A stretch of DNA of 59,745 nt from an uncultured virus (IMG/VR IMGVR_UViG_2061766007_000865). Its lineage: Duplodnaviria > Heunggongvirae > Uroviricota > Caudoviricetes. Shown here one piece after another: positions 59,657 to 59,745 of the stretch. Location of the stretch: IMG/VR virus record IMGVR_UViG_2061766007_000865, one strand, 5' to 3'. Position 1 is the first letter of the stretch. Each line of letters begins with the position of its first letter. Both the position numbers and the translations under genes were made by a program. The notes below the pieces were generated by a model. It had not been told where the DNA came from. It saw nothing but the letters and a program-made list of their open reading frames with translations, and searched no databases.

Positions 59657-59745
59657 TATAGGGGGAGGGATTCGAACCCACAAGTGTCTTTCGACACACT
59701 AGTTTCGTAGACTAGGACGGTCATCCAGTTACGTTTTACCCCTAC
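59657..59745 (-). tRNA. tRNA-Arg(ACG) with long variable arm
   Basis: CTAGT-CT-ACG-AA-ACTAG; variable arm GTGTC-GAAA-GACAC. Confidence 0.8.

Noticed and set aside
1..59745. Genome-wide TAG recoding as in Lak phages
   Set aside because: Long genes are intact under code 11 and several end in TAG with the next gene or a terminator right behind. Recoding outside this window cannot be excluded.

Overview
AT-rich window from what looks like a large (jumbo) phage infecting Bacteroidota (Prevotella/Bacteroides-like host). The evidence is dense, almost entirely minus-strand small genes, more than 20 copies of the Bacteroidota promoter TTTGG-N19-TAnnTTTGCA, and no rRNA or ribosomal-protein genes. The scaffold has many N-gaps. 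The left ~37 kb holds accessory genes: two RNA ligases, a CCA-adding-type nucleotidyltransferase, PncA and PncB NAD salvage, NADAR, NUDIX, DHFR, an M28-like peptidase, a metallophosphoesterase with its metal ligands lost, lipoproteins and several paralog families. The right ~22 kb is an RNA-gene island: about 30 tRNA or tRNA-like genes (including an amber CUA suppressor and several class-I anticodons on long-variable-arm bodies), two tmRNAs, two large GOLLD-like RNAs, and a family of at least seven small RNAs sharing a covarying stem plus ACAGCA motif, some with a circularly permuted, YrlA/Y-RNA-like tRNA domain. The standout locus is a 385-aa TnpB with intact RuvC motifs and no tnpA or cas1/2 in the window. 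It is followed by an omegaRNA-like scaffold, an IHF-site-containing leader and a 4-repeat CRISPR array (36-bp repeats, 30-bp spacers), making it a candidate compact TnpB-to-Cas12 intermediate. All family assignments come from motif reading by eye; no searches were run.
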